From Schmidtea polychroa (lineage: Eukaryota), in assembly GCA_044892525.1 (NCBI GenBank), contig CM097885.1, positions 26,786,001 through 26,850,000 on the forward strand: DNA of 64,000 nt. Reading direction: 5' to 3'. Shown piece by piece: positions 37,402 through 52,279 of this stretch. The notes beneath the pieces were generated by a model. That model made no database searches. It saw nothing but the letters and a program-made list of their open reading frames with translations, and had not been told where the DNA came from. The number at the start of each line of letters is the position of its first letter. Position 1 is the stretch's first letter. The position numbers and the translations under genes are program-made.

Positions 37402-39780
37402 ATAAAAATTTTTTGAAAGTTCTATTAACTCACCTCACATTGCAAAAGAAAACAACCGAACAACAAAACAAAGTACAGTTGAAAATATTAATGTATAATA
37501 TATTTTTAATTTTTATATATTAACTTTCTCCAGTCGTAATCATCAGCGTTGGGGGTTTCGGGTTACCTCGAACTACCTTATTAGTATTCGCTTCACTAAC
37601 TATAGCATAAGTACCACAACCTCAAAGTAAAGCCAAGCTGTTCGCACCGAATTCAACGGTCCTGGAGGATAATTTTATCTAGTGGGTATCCAATTCGGAA
37701 ACTTCTTATTGCCAACTAAATTCGACTATTTCAAATGATAAGCCCAAATTGATAAATTACAAACCAAAAATATTCCCCATGTGTTATATATTTTATGAAG
37801 GGCAGATTACCTTAGCTAATTTCCCCAGATACCAATTAATTAAGAAAAACTGTTTATTCTTTTTTACCCCAGTTGTTTAACTTTTCAATCTATTTAATTA
37901 TTATTTCATATATATTATTTAACTTTTAAAATAAAGTAAAACAAGATCAGGAAGGCCACAGATCTTCACCACTGAATCCCAGTAAGGGAAGACGAGGCGT
38001 AATACTTCAAGTCCTCACTCAAGTCACTTACCCTTCTCCGCAAGTAATTTTAGTAGGTGGTATTACCAGCGCTGAAGTATATAGTGACAAATATTTTCCT
38101 ATTAGATGTTTTAGCTTCAACTTCCGCTTCTATTCGATCCAATTTTTTGTCTGTGGATATTGATGAAGGTAAATTAAATTATTATTACTATTCAAAATAT
38201 TATTATATATTCAGAAAACAATCAAATTATTATGCATTATTCAAATATGATTCCAAGTATGAAAACACATTTAATGAACAATGCCATTCAAAACCCAAAT
38301 ATGCCCAGTATTTCGACAAATGCCAACCAAAAATTATCAAACAAGTCTCGCAGGAAGAACAAAAAAGAAAAATGTAAGTGTTTTACAATTGAAATATGTG
38401 ATCGGATAATTTATTTAATAACTACGATATATTTTTTTTTCAAGTAATCTATATTTTAGATTTTATTAGGTTTTTATAAAAAAAATAAAAATAATTATCG
38501 ATTTATTTTTTAATTATTTTATTTGGAAAAATTTACAATTTAATAATATTTTTGAAAATAAATTTAATAATAGTTATCAACTGATTAACTTAAAAAATTT
38601 TATTTCATAATTTTAAAAATATAATTTATTAGTTGTCATTAAAGATATTATTATAAATAAAGATGAAAAATATTTGTAAACCTAATATTTTACACAGGTC
38701 AACTATACCCCGATTGTTGTCAAAGGACAGATCATGGGCCTGGTTGTCACGATGCTATGGATAATTATTATAGTAAAACTTACTATAATAAAAAATATTA
38801 CACATGTCCCATATGCATGACACTAAACTTAAACGAATATATTGATTTTTATAATCAATATAAAAATCATTTGTTCTATTTTAAAAGCAATAAAAAAGAA
38901 ATTTTTTCAACATTAATAAAAACATTTAATGAAACAGTTAATTCCGATCAAGAAATTATAACAAATTCTGAGGAAACTGAAATTATTGCACCAGAACCTA
39001 TAGTAATTACTGAGGTTATAACAATTTCTGATGACGATGAAAATGTTCAAGATGGAGCTGAAGATCATGAGGAAGACCGTGAAGATGGAGCTGAAGATGG
39101 GCCAGAAGATGGTGGAGAAGATCGTGAGGAAGACCATGGAGAAGATGGTGAAAGGCAAATTATATTTCATTAAAAATAACAATCATGTATACAATTAATG
39201 TATAGCAAACAGGCATAGTTGAATTTTCTGGGTTCTTTCATGACTCGTAATAAATATCAAGTGATCGAAGATGATTTGAATCGGTCACAGAGTAATAAAA
39301 TTAAACATTGAAAGATATAATATGAAAAGGCATTGAATTATCAGTTCCTATTTTACTTGCATTGAGAAATGCTTTAAACAAACTCGGTCACGCAAAAATT
39401 CAATTTGGAGTTAATATGAAATTTATTAAAGATGGGGGCACAAAAACTGCGTGGATTTCAAATAAAGCAACGGAATATTCATAAACATTCCTTGAGCAAA
39501 GTATTAAAAAATTATACGAAAAAATAAATGTTCGAACTGTTGAGGGAAGCAGTTGGACTGTGAACAAAGTGTTAGAAATAATTTTCACTGTCACAAAATA
39601 TCATCCAATAAGTAGGCTAAGCGGACATAGCTACTTGAAGACACCAGATACTTTAGCTAATAAACATGATATAGTTAATATTAAAAATACAGATAATTTA
39701 TGCTTTCTTTATAGCATACTTTGTATTAAAAATTTGGATGTAATTGGAACAAATAGGCAACGAGTTGAGAATTATGCAAA

Positions 39781-42700
39781 TGCTGCGCCTTGGGTCGGGT
39801 CATCAACTACTGTGATTATCTATGGATACCTATGGATGAAAGAAGTTTTAATGATGCATATCTAGTTAATGGTTGTTTCACTAAACATTTCTCTTTTAAT
39901 CATTATTAATTATTCTACTTTTATCTCGTTTCCTCATTATTTCAAATTTATTTTATTTATATTTTTGATTTTATCATTGTCAAAGCTCCGACTTCTCTCC
40001 TCACAACTTCACAAAAATAATAAAATTCGACAAGAAATAAGCACATTGCATCCATATCAATCAATATAATCCCGACTGAGTCCCCAAAAATCATGCTGGG
40101 CCTTGGGTCGGGTCATAAGACATTCTCAACTACTGTGATTATCGATCTTATGGCGTTCACATCGCCTAAAAAATGTACTCGTCTATTGGTGATATTTTGC
40201 ATAACAATGCAACTCCAATCGTCGCGAACTCGATTTTCTGGGCGAGAAATCCCTACTATGATTCGGATTTGTGGTCTCTCAAATCGGAGGTGTCACTCGG
40301 TGTGAATCTAACTAGCTCAACGTGGTTTTGACTCGAACTTCTGAGTTCATTTGCGTTAAATCAAATTTAAGTTTCAAACTTTTTAGAATGAAAAATTAGT
40401 TCATTTACAGTTGCATGATATTAATTTGCAATTTAGCACAAATTGGTTTTTCCATAAAACTATAATTATAATTAACTTTCCGCAATTTATTTATTCGTCC
40501 TAAAATCGTCTCCTCGTGAACATTTTTAGTGAGTAATTGTCATTTTCAGGTTCCTTGCATGACGTTACTTGTGCAATAAGTTTCTAATTCCAAGTTGCAT
40601 TTAAAACAATTATGATATTTCGACTACGCTTAAAGTTCCTTTTATCATATTCTTGATCGATTTATCTAATATTACATGATTTATTCAAAATGATGATCTT
40701 CGGTGAACGTAGTATTTTTCGCTTTATTTAGCATTCCTACGGTTCTCATATGACACTAGCATCCTAGAAGTAAAGATTGAACTTTCTGCGAATGGACGAA
40801 ATCGGCGCTATACATGATTTTCAGACGATTCTAACGGAGAAAGGTGAAAATCGAGAACTATGGATTTCTGGAGTAACACACGATGAACGATAATTCGGTC
40901 ACTTTAGTCATTGCGAAGGCTCTCGAACTACGTTTTAAAGATTCATTCTGATCTTAGTCCAAATATCTTTTACCATATTGTTCTGAGTATTATTTCCGTC
41001 CCTGTGGTGACAGATCAGTGAGGAAACCCCCACAATGACCCGATTCCAGCCACTGCGCTGCTGATGTATCATCCGACCTTCTTGCAAGAGGAACAACTAG
41101 TGTCCCTCGGGCTGTGGCCAGCTGAACCTCAGCTTCGCGGAATGCATTAAAATTTCATAAAACTTTATCATATTTAAATACCGAAAAATCATAAGCATTT
41201 TTGATAACATAAAAATTTATCTAATTCATAAAAACTTTAAATTAATCGTATGGCGAGCAAGGAAAAACACTTAAAAAACTATTTAATTTAAGTAAATTTA
41301 CATTTACAATCATATCCAAACTATTTAACTTAAGAAAGTCTCTACTTCATAGATCATTCATATAAAATACAACAAAAATTTTACTTAGTTCTCAACAATT
41401 GTTTCTTCTTTGCGAATGAAAAATAGATCTCCGAGTGATTTGTTGCTTTGAAAAAATGGTAAACAAAATGTTAATTTACGTTAGTCCTTGAAATGCTGAG
41501 TAAATTCTTAAAAAATAGTTGGTTAACACTACGAATACTAATGTGTGAATGTAGACTTACCTTAAAACATAGTTGGTTAACACTGAAAATTTTATTTCAG
41601 TGTCTCCCTTATATACTTAATTTTGTGTTTGTGCGGACCAATCAAAGTTGAGCGCTGTGTAATTCTTTATTTTAATTCGATTTCTTTGTTTTTCGTTGGT
41701 TTTCTTAGTGTTTCTTTATTTTTCATTTATTTTCTTGTTTATTATTTAATTTTATATTATTTTACTATTTTTCCGGTTTTCTTATCTTAATTATTTTTTG
41801 TTTTAATTCTCTCTAGTCCAGGGCTTTTCAAACTGGGGTCCGTGAGCGATTTTATGAGGGTCCGTATCGATTTTAAATATTCTTAAACAAATAATAAGAT
41901 GCACACTATTGATTCAATTTTTGTGTATGTCTGTGTTATTTAATGATTTTTATTGCATTTAATATTAAAACATTTTACGTCTCTCAACATCGAAAATTGT
42001 GTAGTTTATATGTGGTGTTTTGCATTTATACTTTTGGAATCAAATATAAATTATCTGAAATAAAAATTTATGTGTTTGTATTTTAAATATACTTAAATAT
42101 CATTTGTTTTGTTATTGTCCTTATGTATTAATGATTATACTGAAATTTTAAAACTAAATGCAAATTTTCGTTTTAATACATCATTGGTAAAACTGATCTT
42201 TTTGGTTGTGTGTTGCCTCGGAGTATCCGATATTATCTGATATGGCTGTCAAAGTTTTGCTGCCATTTTCAACGACATATTTGTGTGAAATTGGTTTTTC
42301 AACCCTTACGAATATTAAAACCAGTTATAGATCAACACTTGTTGTTGAAAATGACATAAGAGTATGTTTATCAAAAATAGCACCTAGAATTGATAATTTG
42401 TGCAAAAACAAACAATCCCACCCTTCCCATTGACATTATTTTCATAATTAGAATTAATTTGCATGTAAATACATGAAATTTATTTTATTAAACGTATTTA
42501 GTTAATGTTCTATAATAATTTCTTTTTAATAAATTTAATTTTATAAAAATATTAATAATTATATATCAGGTTTTACAAACAAAATGGTAATTTTTTAGTA
42601 AAATGGTCCGTAAACTAAGCGTAATAAAAATTATGGGTCCCTTGTTTAAAAAAATTGAAAAGCCCTGCTCTAGTCAATTTGTTATTATTTATTCCTAATG

Positions 42701-42813
42701 TTGATTTGTCTTGGTTTTTAATTTATTTTCTAATTTATTTTTGATTTTTATATTATTTCTTAGTGTTTTTCTCTTTCAATTTTTGCTTATATTGATTTCT
42801 TTTAAGCCCAACA
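39781..42813 (-). mobile_element. LTR-like (TG...CA) non-coding insertion in PolB of element D
   Basis: Ends TGCTGCGCC / GCCCAACA; near-TSD CAAA/CATA; removing it restores ENYAYYMDQ in PolB. Confidence 0.65.
41819..42667 (+). mobile_element. Non-autonomous hAT (Buster/Charlie-type) element
   Basis: TIR CAGGGCTTTTCAA / TTGAAAAGCCCTG, exact 8-bp TSD CTCTAGTC with central TA; 42206-42433 encodes LLPFSTTYLCEIGFS...QSHPSH. Confidence 0.93.
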
Positions 42814-44325
42814 CATATTATATGGATCAACCGCTGTATGACGAGGAAGATTTTCCTATGCAGTCATCTAACATAAGGAAACTCGAGCGAATTAATCCAG
42901 GGCTGACAATCAATGTTTTCAGTTACAATTGCACAAATGTTTTGAACATCGATGAAAATGATGAGGAAACCGTTTTTAAACATCCGAATTTGGATATAAT
43001 ACATCGAACTAAAGTAGAGGGCGTCGCACCGATCTATTTGCTAATGTTGGAAGGTGAAAAGTTTCATTATACTGCTGTTACTAATCTGCAGTGTTTAATG
43101 AATTGCCATGAGAGCGAAGATTGCCCAGTTCGGATTCAGTCCAAATGGTGCGAAACATGTCTGAATGGATTTAGAAAAGATATGGCTTTTGAAAAACACA
43201 AAGCAATTTGCAGCAAAAATATGCTCGGTACTACAATGTACACGATGCCTCAAAATAAAGATTTGGTATTTAGTGATTGGTCCAAAACAATCACTTCACC
43301 ATGTTATTTACGCCGATTTCGAGGCGATCGTACCCGATGATGAAAGACATCATCAAATTCATTTACCAATAACAGCGGGGCTGTTGTTGATAAATAATTT
43401 CACTGGTTACATTCATCATGTCACAAGGGTACTAGTCATCCTTATTATTATTGTTATTATTATTATTAATTTACTCCTATGGCGCAGGAGTAGAAGCTGT
43501 CTTATGAGTCTGAGTAGAGATAGCAACTATAGATAAGAACTCGTATAAATAGTTTGAAATTTCTCCATTTCAATTAGTTATTTTCAAGTAAGAGTATATT
43601 TTTTATTTTTGTTTAAATTAATATATTAATTTCAGATAATGTACTCTAATTTATCAATGAATGATTTGGAACGAGGAGGACTCAAAAGTCAATGCTTCTA
43701 TATATATGAAGTAATGTTCCCCGAACTGAGAAACATTATGAAAAATATGAAGAAATTAGAAAATTATATTGAAAAAACGAAAATAAAGCGATTTATTTTG
43801 TTCGATGGAAGACTGCTCTATACCGATGCAAAATGACATACTTCCAAAAACAGAGAAGACTTGGTGGCTGATGGCATTCAAATCACCATCAGGTTTATAA
43901 TTTTGAAACGGGAATGTATGAATTTAGGTGCCAAGCGTAGATTAATGAAATTTTACAGCAAATACCTGCATTTCTGTTGAAATAAAGCATTTTTTGGTTG
44001 TTAGTATATGCAAACTACGTAAAAACAATACCGATATTGCGGTTATGTCAAGAAGAATGATATCAGTGCTATATCTATAGGTAGTTTTTAGTGGTAATAA
44101 AGGTGTCTCGTTAAATCCTTTATTATAGAGATCAGAAGTAAATTTAGGAAAATACTAAATTTTGGTAAAAAAATGTATGCATTGAATGGAAAACATGAAT
44201 TTAAGAATTTTTCGAACGGAGACATTACTTTACATTTTTTAACTAATTTTAAAGTTACTATTATTTTGGTATTTAATTATTCATTAGTAAAAATACAAAT
44301 ACCCAGTTGTCCCAAGACAAACTTT

Positions 44326-45641
44326 GGTAAAACTGTATTTTAGCGTTTTTTATTATTTCGTTATTTTAATCATGTATTTTAGCGTTTTTAATTATTGCGG
44401 CCTGCCTAGGTGTTTAATCGATGCAAATTTCGATTTTAAACTGTTATCAATTTAAAACTTTTAAACCGTCAACATGGCCGGTCGACCGCGCAATATGCGA
44501 ATTAATATAGTTAATCCCGCACGTATTATTCCAACTGTCAACATTGAAGTTGAGCAATGGCGAATGATCAGTCTGTCTGTCGAAATCCAAACCGTAGAAA
44601 CAACAATTGAATGGCTGGCGGAAAGACGTCTACTGAAGAATGGTATTCAATGTCCAACATGTAATGTCGATTGTTGCCTGGCCACGTACACTCAAGGCAT
44701 TGACGGTTTTCGTTGGGCATGTCCACAATGTCTCTTCCGGAAAAGTATCCGTGTTGATTCCTTTTTTACAGGGAGCCATCTACCACTAAGCCAAATAATA
44801 TCAATCATATACTGTTTCGCATGTGACTATCCACAGGATCTAACTCAACATGAAACCGGAGTCTCGCAAGATCATACCATGGTTGATTGGTTTAACTTCT
44901 TGCGTGAGGGCATGGGCGGTATATGCAGCTGAATGCATCGGAGATTGGTGGATTCGACATAAATGGAGATACAATAGTCGTCGAAATAGACAGAGTAAAT
45001 ATTTTCATAGAAAATACCACAGAGGAACTTGGCGGGATGGTCACTGGGTTTATGGTGGCGTTCAGAGAATCGGTGGAAAATGTTTCCTGATAGAAGTACC
45101 AGACAGATCCGCAGCAACCCTGGAACCACTAATACTTCAGCACATATTACCAGGGACACATATTATGAGCGATGGTTGGGCCGCGTACAGAGGCATCTCA
45201 GGATTATCCCATGGCATTTACATGCATTCCGTTGTTGTGCACGACCAACATTTCGTCGATCCAAACGATTCTGATGTGCACACCCAAGTGATAGAAAATC
45301 TATGGATGCGGGCAAAACGGAAACTTAAACGACAATTTGGCACAAGTTCTGCGCTCTTCAGTTCATACCTTCGTGAGTTTGAATTTCGCAGTGAAACCAG
45401 AGGACATCCAGTGTTTGCACACATTTTATGCGTTTTGGCCGAAATCTACGTTATTTGACGTTTAATCTACATTTCAGTAATATGAACATTTCGCAGTGAA
45501 ACCAGAGGACATTTTGTGTGTTTGTGTTTTAATCTACATAAATTTGTAATCTAAACATGTATTTGGCTTTCAATAATAAAAAACGTTATTTTTTTTGAAA
45601 ACAAAAAAATTTAATAAAAAACGCTATAATACAGTTTTACC
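44326..45641 (+). mobile_element. Merlin (IS1595/ISXO2-like) DNA transposon with frameshifted transposase 44474-45458
   Basis: 30-bp TIR GGTAAAACTGTATTTTAGCGTTTTTTATTA, exact 8-bp TSD CAAACTTT; zinc ribbon plus SDGWAAY and HTQVIENLW. Confidence 0.93.
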
Positions 45642-47363
45642 CAAACTTTATTGGTGGCTCAAATGGGATCAACAATTTTTCATTCATAAACATATTATTA
45701 AGACATAATAAAAGGTAGATGAATATGTTGAAATCGGATATATACCCCTTAGATCTCAACTCGTATATTCAAAATTTTGAAAAAATTGAATCCGACTTTT
45801 AATTAAAGTGAATCATGCATGATTAATTAAAGTGTTTCTATTTACATGAGTTTCTTTTTACATAAGTCACAAGCATACTTTTCAGTTTGGAGCCAAATAG
45901 AAAAAATATTGGGAAAATTCCGATACGTTGTTATGATCATCATGAAGCCATATCGAAATAAATTACACGCATTATTTAAAAATGATTGGTACTCAAGTCC
46001 AGACTTATCTATCCATCAAAATAAAATAAATGCAATTGGTAATTTTAAAAATGAATGAAATATATCATAAATCAATTTAAAAAATACTAACGTGAACATT
46101 CGAATAAGTGATCCATATTAACCAGATATGAATACATTGGATGTATCTATTTTTCTATATAGAATATCCTGATTGAAAGAAATCTGATGAGTAAAATATA
46201 TTGCTGTTTCAACGACAATCGTATGAATCATATTGAAAAAAATGTATAAAAAATTGAATCACTGAAGTTAATGCTAAAAAGCTTAGAAAATTATATATCA
46301 AATTGATTATTTAGTAAAACAAATTATATTATAATTTGTAAATTAAATTTAACTTAGTTGTATATTTATATTATTTTTTCATTAAATTATTTGAAAATTC
46401 GAAATTTTTGTTAAACAATTTTTTTGCTGAATAGTATTTGTTGAAATTTTATTTTCGGAAAAAGCTTTAAAGTTTTAAAGAAAAATATTTTTTCAAAAAC
46501 TTAATACCGAAATTAATTTGGTAAAAAATTTTTAAAAAAATTCCATAAATGAGCTCCAACCATTTTTCATAATGTGCTTTTATTATGAAACCAAAAATTC
46601 AATAAAAAATAACATGCATTGATGAATGACAGTGGCGTTGCTAGGCGGGTGCGACCCATCTCAGAAGGGTGACACCAAATGAAAAATTGCAAATTTTTAC
46701 AGAGCAGACGTTGCTCGATCCAGTCGTATTTTATAAGCGGATAATCGATCATAGACTATGATTCATAGTTAAATAAATACATGACTAAAAGGCAGAATTT
46801 GGTCCAGGGGCCACCATGTAGTTTGCAGAGCACCTGGGGCTCATTTTAATGAGATTCAGATGTGGTCGGATCAAATTTTAGAGTTATTTACAAACGCGAT
46901 AATTAATGAGGTAGAATAGATCAATAGACTTAGAGGCGTTTCCATGGGCCAAGGGCTTCATGCGCACGAGGTGCCATCTTTGGCTAGACGCTTGGAATGA
47001 CGTAGTATGACATAGATGTGTAAACTGTTACATACTCGTTTTTTATCAAAACAATAAATTTTGTGAAACTTGTAATTTATATCACTAGCCTGCATAAAAA
47101 AAGTTAGACCTGGACGTAATTTTTATAACAGATGAACATCGAAGAAAGAATTACACTCATATCTTTTATTTCTTTTTTTTCTTACTTCTTTTTTTTACTT
47201 TCTTTCTGAGAAGTAAGAAAAAAGAAATAAAAGAAAGATAGAAATGTATGTTCGGGAGAAAGAATGCTAAATTTCAGGAGATTGACAAGGACTATGTTAA
47301 AGTCGAAAATTTTTTCATCAAATACATTATTCGCAGCAAAAGGTTTAAATTATCACTTTATTG

Positions 47364-47456
<93 letters not shown>

Positions 47457-47510
47457 CATTTTATTGTTTTAAAAAATAAATGCTGCTACCAAGAAATCAT
47501 CATTTTATAC

Positions 47511-47559
<49 letters not shown>

Positions 47560-47693
47560 ATTATTATATACAAAATTTTAACGTAATTAAAAGTTGTACA
47601 TATTTAATTAGAAATTCTGAAGAATTTTTCAATTTCTATTAAAACTTTTTTCTTAATTATTTCGGTATAGATCCACTGGAATTTGTCGACTTC

Positions 47694-48349
47694 ATGGTAG
47701 ATTATTATAAGTATGCGACAGCCTATGGATGGATCCAATCGATAATGGTGCAAAGATTATCACTATATCTGAAAGAAGCAGCCAGAGAAGCGTGGCAAAA
47801 AATTGATAAGAGATTAGTAGCAAATGACTGGACAAAGCTGAAAGACACACTAACCGCGAAACTAATCGGAAGGGGTATGAAACGGATAATGCTGCAGAAA
47901 TTCTATAACCGCGTACAAAAGCCAGAGGAATCGGTAAGTAAGTTTGCTTATCATTTATCAACTCTTGCAGAGAAAGCATTCAAAGTGAAACCAGAACAGG
48001 CTGAGATGGCCAAGCAGGTAAAAGAATTATTGCAGGATCAATTGAAAGAAATTAAAAAGGCTTTATGTTATGTTGATTTTAATGACTTTGATGAATTGAT
48101 TAAAAAACTCTGAAAATTGAGCTAAATTTTAAAAGCTCACCGTCGAAATCAGAGTTGTTTGTAGTCATCTCAGGTGCATGCGAAAGATCAATAACTCCAG
48201 TTAAGAGCAATCAGTTTCAAAAGGCAAGTAGTTCATAACCAAAATTTAGCTCAAATTTTGAGTTTAACAGATATTCAAATAGATGGAAAAGAAGGTCGTA
48301 TCCAATGTAGTCATTGCTAAAGGATTGGACACTGTGGTAACCAATGTTG
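47694..48349 (+). pseudogene. Ty3/Gypsy-like gag remnant
   Basis: YGW...LYLKEAAREAW...W..LK..L...RVQKPEESVSKFA and a degenerate CCHC knuckle (CSHC*RIGHCGNQC) at ~48306-48347. Confidence 0.75.
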
Positions 48350-49060
48350 TGTTGGGCTAGAACTTAATTTTAGACCCAAAATTTTGCAAAAGTGACGAAA
48401 TGTGGTGGCAAATAACACTCATACCTAGCACTAAGTTTATTTAAATAGAAAATATGCAACATCAAATAAACAATAATAATTAAAAGTAAAAATAACAAAA
48501 AATAAAACATCTAAACTAAAAAATAAAAGAAGACACGATGCAAGAAGTACCACATGAAAACTGACTCAAAAATAACAGAAAAGTACAAAGTACAAAAACA
48601 AACTCGAATGAAGTCGAAAACTGTAGGAAATCTAAAATAAAAGAAAATTCTAGACAAAAACCCAGAACACTCCATAAAAATCGCGAAATCCACCATGGAT
48701 ACCATTCAAAATAATAAAAGTTAATGAAAATAAATAATTTAGTTTAAAAAATAAAACTCAAATAAAACGATTCTAAAATAAAAATTAAAATAAAGTTAAT
48801 ATGGAATGTTCTGGAAATGTCCAAATCCATCATGGAGGCAAAATTGATAAAAAATAATCCAAAAATAAAATTTTAAAAATAAAAACAAAAATTATGGCAC
48901 AAAAACGCCATTGAAATCGTTAAAAATCAAAAATAGAATGTTCTAGAATTAAAAAGAACTCGAGTTTGTTTTACTGCATTAATGCACACACACGTACTTG
49001 CACACAGAAAATAGGTATATATACCGCCACATTCTCGTCACAAGTTGCAGTTTTATGCCA
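48350..49060 (+). repeat. LTR-like dispersed repeat beginning TGTTGGGCTAGAAC
   Basis: Same family as 15110-15798 and 5990-6510. Confidence 0.75.
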
Positions 49061-50414
49061 AAAAATTTTGAATTTTTAGACTAATCCGTATCTACTTGGA
49101 AAATATTAAGGACCTATTGATTATTTGTTAATTTTATCATTTTATTCATTTATCTCTTTGATAATTCATTGAGTTTATGATTTTGTTTTTTCTTTAACTT
49201 AAATTGAATAAAGGTGACCATGATTGCTTGCGTCCACAATAATGTACACGATCATCGCCAGGTTTGTATTTAATTGCCAATTTGCTTACCAATTATAGTG
49301 CGGAACCCGTGCTCACTTTTTGCTGGCACTCACCCTCTTGACACACTACCAACGTTGTTCACTCAACGGGTGTTGAGTGGTACAAAAAACCATTGTATAC
49401 TGGGTTACGCTGGAAACAGCACGAATAGGTAAAATGTTTGATTAGCTGTAACCCACTAGTTGGTTTAAAAATAGAGTACAGAGAAGCCCAATTCCGATTC
49501 AGTGTGATAATTGCCAAAGAATGAGACATGACAGCAATCAATGCTGGTCCAAAAATAACGTACAATGTAGTCCAAGGCAAATGTGGCCCGATTGGTTAAA
49601 AGGAAATGGTGGGGAAAGTTTTACTAAAACGAATATCAAAGAACTAATGATAATTTACACTGGTATAATTTCGGAAGAAAAGGGAATGTGTCACGAAATT
49701 GTTTTGCCAGATCAAGATCAACATCACCATCACCGCAGAGAGATAAAGTAAATCTACAAGGATAAATTCAGTGCCATTAATGCAAAGGTTATGGACACAA
49801 GGCCAGATCATGTCCAAGATAAATGAATAAATTTCAAAGGCCAATATTAAAGAAGTCAATTCGTTTTCAAAGTGACAAGCCGCAGACGGATAATGTAACT
49901 TTTGTTCAACCAGATAATTTTAATGAAAGAATTGAAAGCGAGGTGAGAGAAATGGGTCGACGTTTGGATCGATTGATGTCAAAGTTTGAATCAGAAGTGG
50001 ACTACGATAATCACATGATGTATGAGTCGCAAGAAGACCTGAATGAAAAAGAGTCGAAAAGGAAAGTTATAAAAGATGATTAAGAAAGTGAAAAAGCAAC
50101 ATTGATAATGACAAAAATTGGAAATTATGAAATAGAGTCGGCTAAAATAATTAAATCGTTAAGAGAATTCAGTCAAATATCTTTGAATGTGAGAAAGATA
50201 AAAGGTGTAATTATCTTGTGCGTTTACTATTATAATATGAATCCAAAGTATAAAAACGAAATCAAGGAATTAATGAAAATATTTGGAAAAACTTTGAGAG
50301 AGAAAACAGGGTTAGATTTCATTTTTGTGGAAGTAGTAAATGAGATTGATAAAAGTGTTATCATTCTGTTATCATTGTGAGGTAAATGATTGTGTAAGTG
50401 ATTTAAAGATTAAA

Positions 50415-50900
50415 TTAAAAGAGAAGCGATAAAGGAGGTATGATAGATTTGAGATTATAGACGTTCATCTTGAACATCAAATGAAAATTTGCAGCCCTTG
50501 ATATGCGCCTCTTTGTTCGGGAATCAATCACTCGATCCCACAGCTCAATGGTCATACGCCATAGCAAGTAGCAATTTTTATGGATTTTACATTTTTCATG
50601 TTCGGTTACACGATCATACATCTTTGTACCCCTTTTCAGGTTTCCATCCTTCAGCTTTTGATAGAATAGATTTTTGACTCTCAGGAAAATCACAAATCAG
50701 TCGACATGGTACTCAGTAGAAAGATTGAGCAGTCTTGCTAAAAACAAACCAATCTCTATCGATAAAACAAACAGCCTTCATTTTCTTTTTAAGTAAAATT
50801 TTATGCCATCTTTATCAATTGGAAGATTTTCAAAAACCATTGAATCCATCGAAAATCCTTTAACATCAGAATCAACGGAAAAACCGTTGATTTACCATCC
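50415..50900 (-). pseudogene. hAT transposase N-terminal TTF-type zinc-finger remnant
   Basis: RDWFVFSK...FY*VPCRL and DRVTEHEKCKIHKNCYLLW. Confidence 0.6.
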
Positions 50901-51355
50901 GAAATGAAGTTTTTCTGTTACGATTAAAAATTTCAGTGCACCTCTCCCGGCCCCTCTCTTCGGCCCTCAGTACAGCAAAACCAACACAAATTTAGGCTCA
51001 CCATCTTTACACTCGATATTTAACTAATAATTAAACTCATCCACACACGAACAAAATCACACCCAGATTTTCTAAAACGTGGATTCAGGATTTTCATTCT
51101 TAAAATAATTTAATTTATTATTACACTAAAACATTAAATATATAGAATCTTATTTATTGCGCTTCTGTCTATCATCAGATTTTTAAAAATTTATAATCAA
51201 TAAATTATATTAAAAAGATCTATAAAGAAACTGAATATGAAAATACGAACAAACTACTCCATTTATTAGATAAAAATAAATAATTTCAAAAATAAAATTT
51301 TCATCTCAAGTAAATTTAAATTTTTTAAATAAAACTATAAATAAAAAACGAAAGT

Positions 51356-52279
51356 TTATTGTGGAACAAGAGCATATTGCTCAAAATTTTCACATGAATT
51401 ATAATTGGCAATATCTAGAGCAACCACACAACTTTCCATAACAACTTGCTCAGGATCTGAAAGGAAGTCTTTTAAAACCTTCTGGCATTGTTCGTTTCCT
51501 ATTGATCCCAAAGCTTCGGCGCTTTCGTGTCTTACCATTCCCATTTCATTTACATTTGCAACACTTGCTGATAATGCTTCAACTGACAATGGATTTGCTA
51601 ATTGCCCTAAAACGAAAGCTACTTCATGTCTAAATAATGCACTTGGCGCATAATTCAATCCATCACAGATTATCCGCAATGCTTCAATTGCATTACTTGA
51701 AGTTGAATGGGCTATTCGTCTGAGACTAAATAACGCCCGATATTTTTCAAAAATGTCATGATCTTCATCAAGTAGAATTTTTTCCAGAGTAGAAATATTG
51801 AATTGGTTAATTGGATATTCGGGAGCTGGATCGATTGTATCAAAATTATTTGGAAATACATCCGTTTTGTTTTCAATAAGGAATAGGATTCTTTTATATC
51901 CAATGTAACAAGTTTCGGCAACTTCTTTATTATCACAATGACTGTACTTTTTCAAAATATCAAGGAAATCGTGACAACCAATTGCTGCTAATGCTTCACC
52001 CGCTTCATGTCTTACTATGGGTTCTTGATCTAAATCTTCAAGGACATTTATCAAAACTTTACTAGCATATGAATTAGCTTTTTGGCCAAGGCAATATGCA
52101 AGTTCGTGCTTCAATAACTCAGATTTACTAGAAAAGGCTTCCGCAATAAGATCTATTGCTAAATCTTCTCTGGCATGTTTAAGACCCCATAAAGCACGAA
52201 ATCTTTCAACTAATGGTTTCTCGGGATTGCTTAAAATATCTCCCCATGATCTTAGTTCTGATTCACTAACTGACATCAT
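51356..52279 (-). CDS. DOHH: Deoxyhypusine hydroxylase (307 aa, uninterrupted CDS)
   Basis: HEAT-repeat protein with four HE motifs: LLKHELAYCLGQ, IVRHEAGEALAAIG, LFRHEVAFVLGQ, MVRHESAEALGSIG. Confidence 0.96.
   Translation of the reverse strand: MMSVSESELRSWGDILSNPEKPLVERFRALWGLKHAREDLAIDLIAEAFSSKSELLKHELAYCLGQKANSYASKVLINVLEDLDQEPIVRHEAGEALAAIGCHDFLDILKKYSHCDNKEVAETCYIGYKRILFLIENKTDVFPNNFDTIDPAPEYPINQFNISTLEKILLDEDHDIFEKYRALFSLRRIAHSTSSNAIEALRIICDGLNYAPSALFRHEVAFVLGQLANPLSVEALSASVANVNEMGMVRHESAEALGSIGNEQCQKVLKDFLSDPEQVVMESCVVALDIANYNSCENFEQYALVPQ

Larger units (their letters stand above)
38106..43410 (+). pseudogene. polB: Divergent Polinton pPolB N-terminal region (element D) with upstream exons, split by nested insertions
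   Basis: Exons 38106-38168, 38215-38373, 38698 onward; RLSGHSY..TP...IVNIKNTDNLCFLYS, then after 42813 DFPM...HPNLDIIHR...FHYTAV...C..CLNGF...YADFE. Confidence 0.85.

Noticed and set aside
44474..45458. IS1595-like transposase as bacterial contamination or horizontal transfer
   Set aside because: Eukaryotic Merlin elements belong to this family; TIR and TSD are embedded in intron-containing host DNA.
49200..50380. Cys/Trp-containing fragments downstream of the gag remnant, possibly env-like
   Set aside because: Too degraded; no continuous frame or diagnostic motif.
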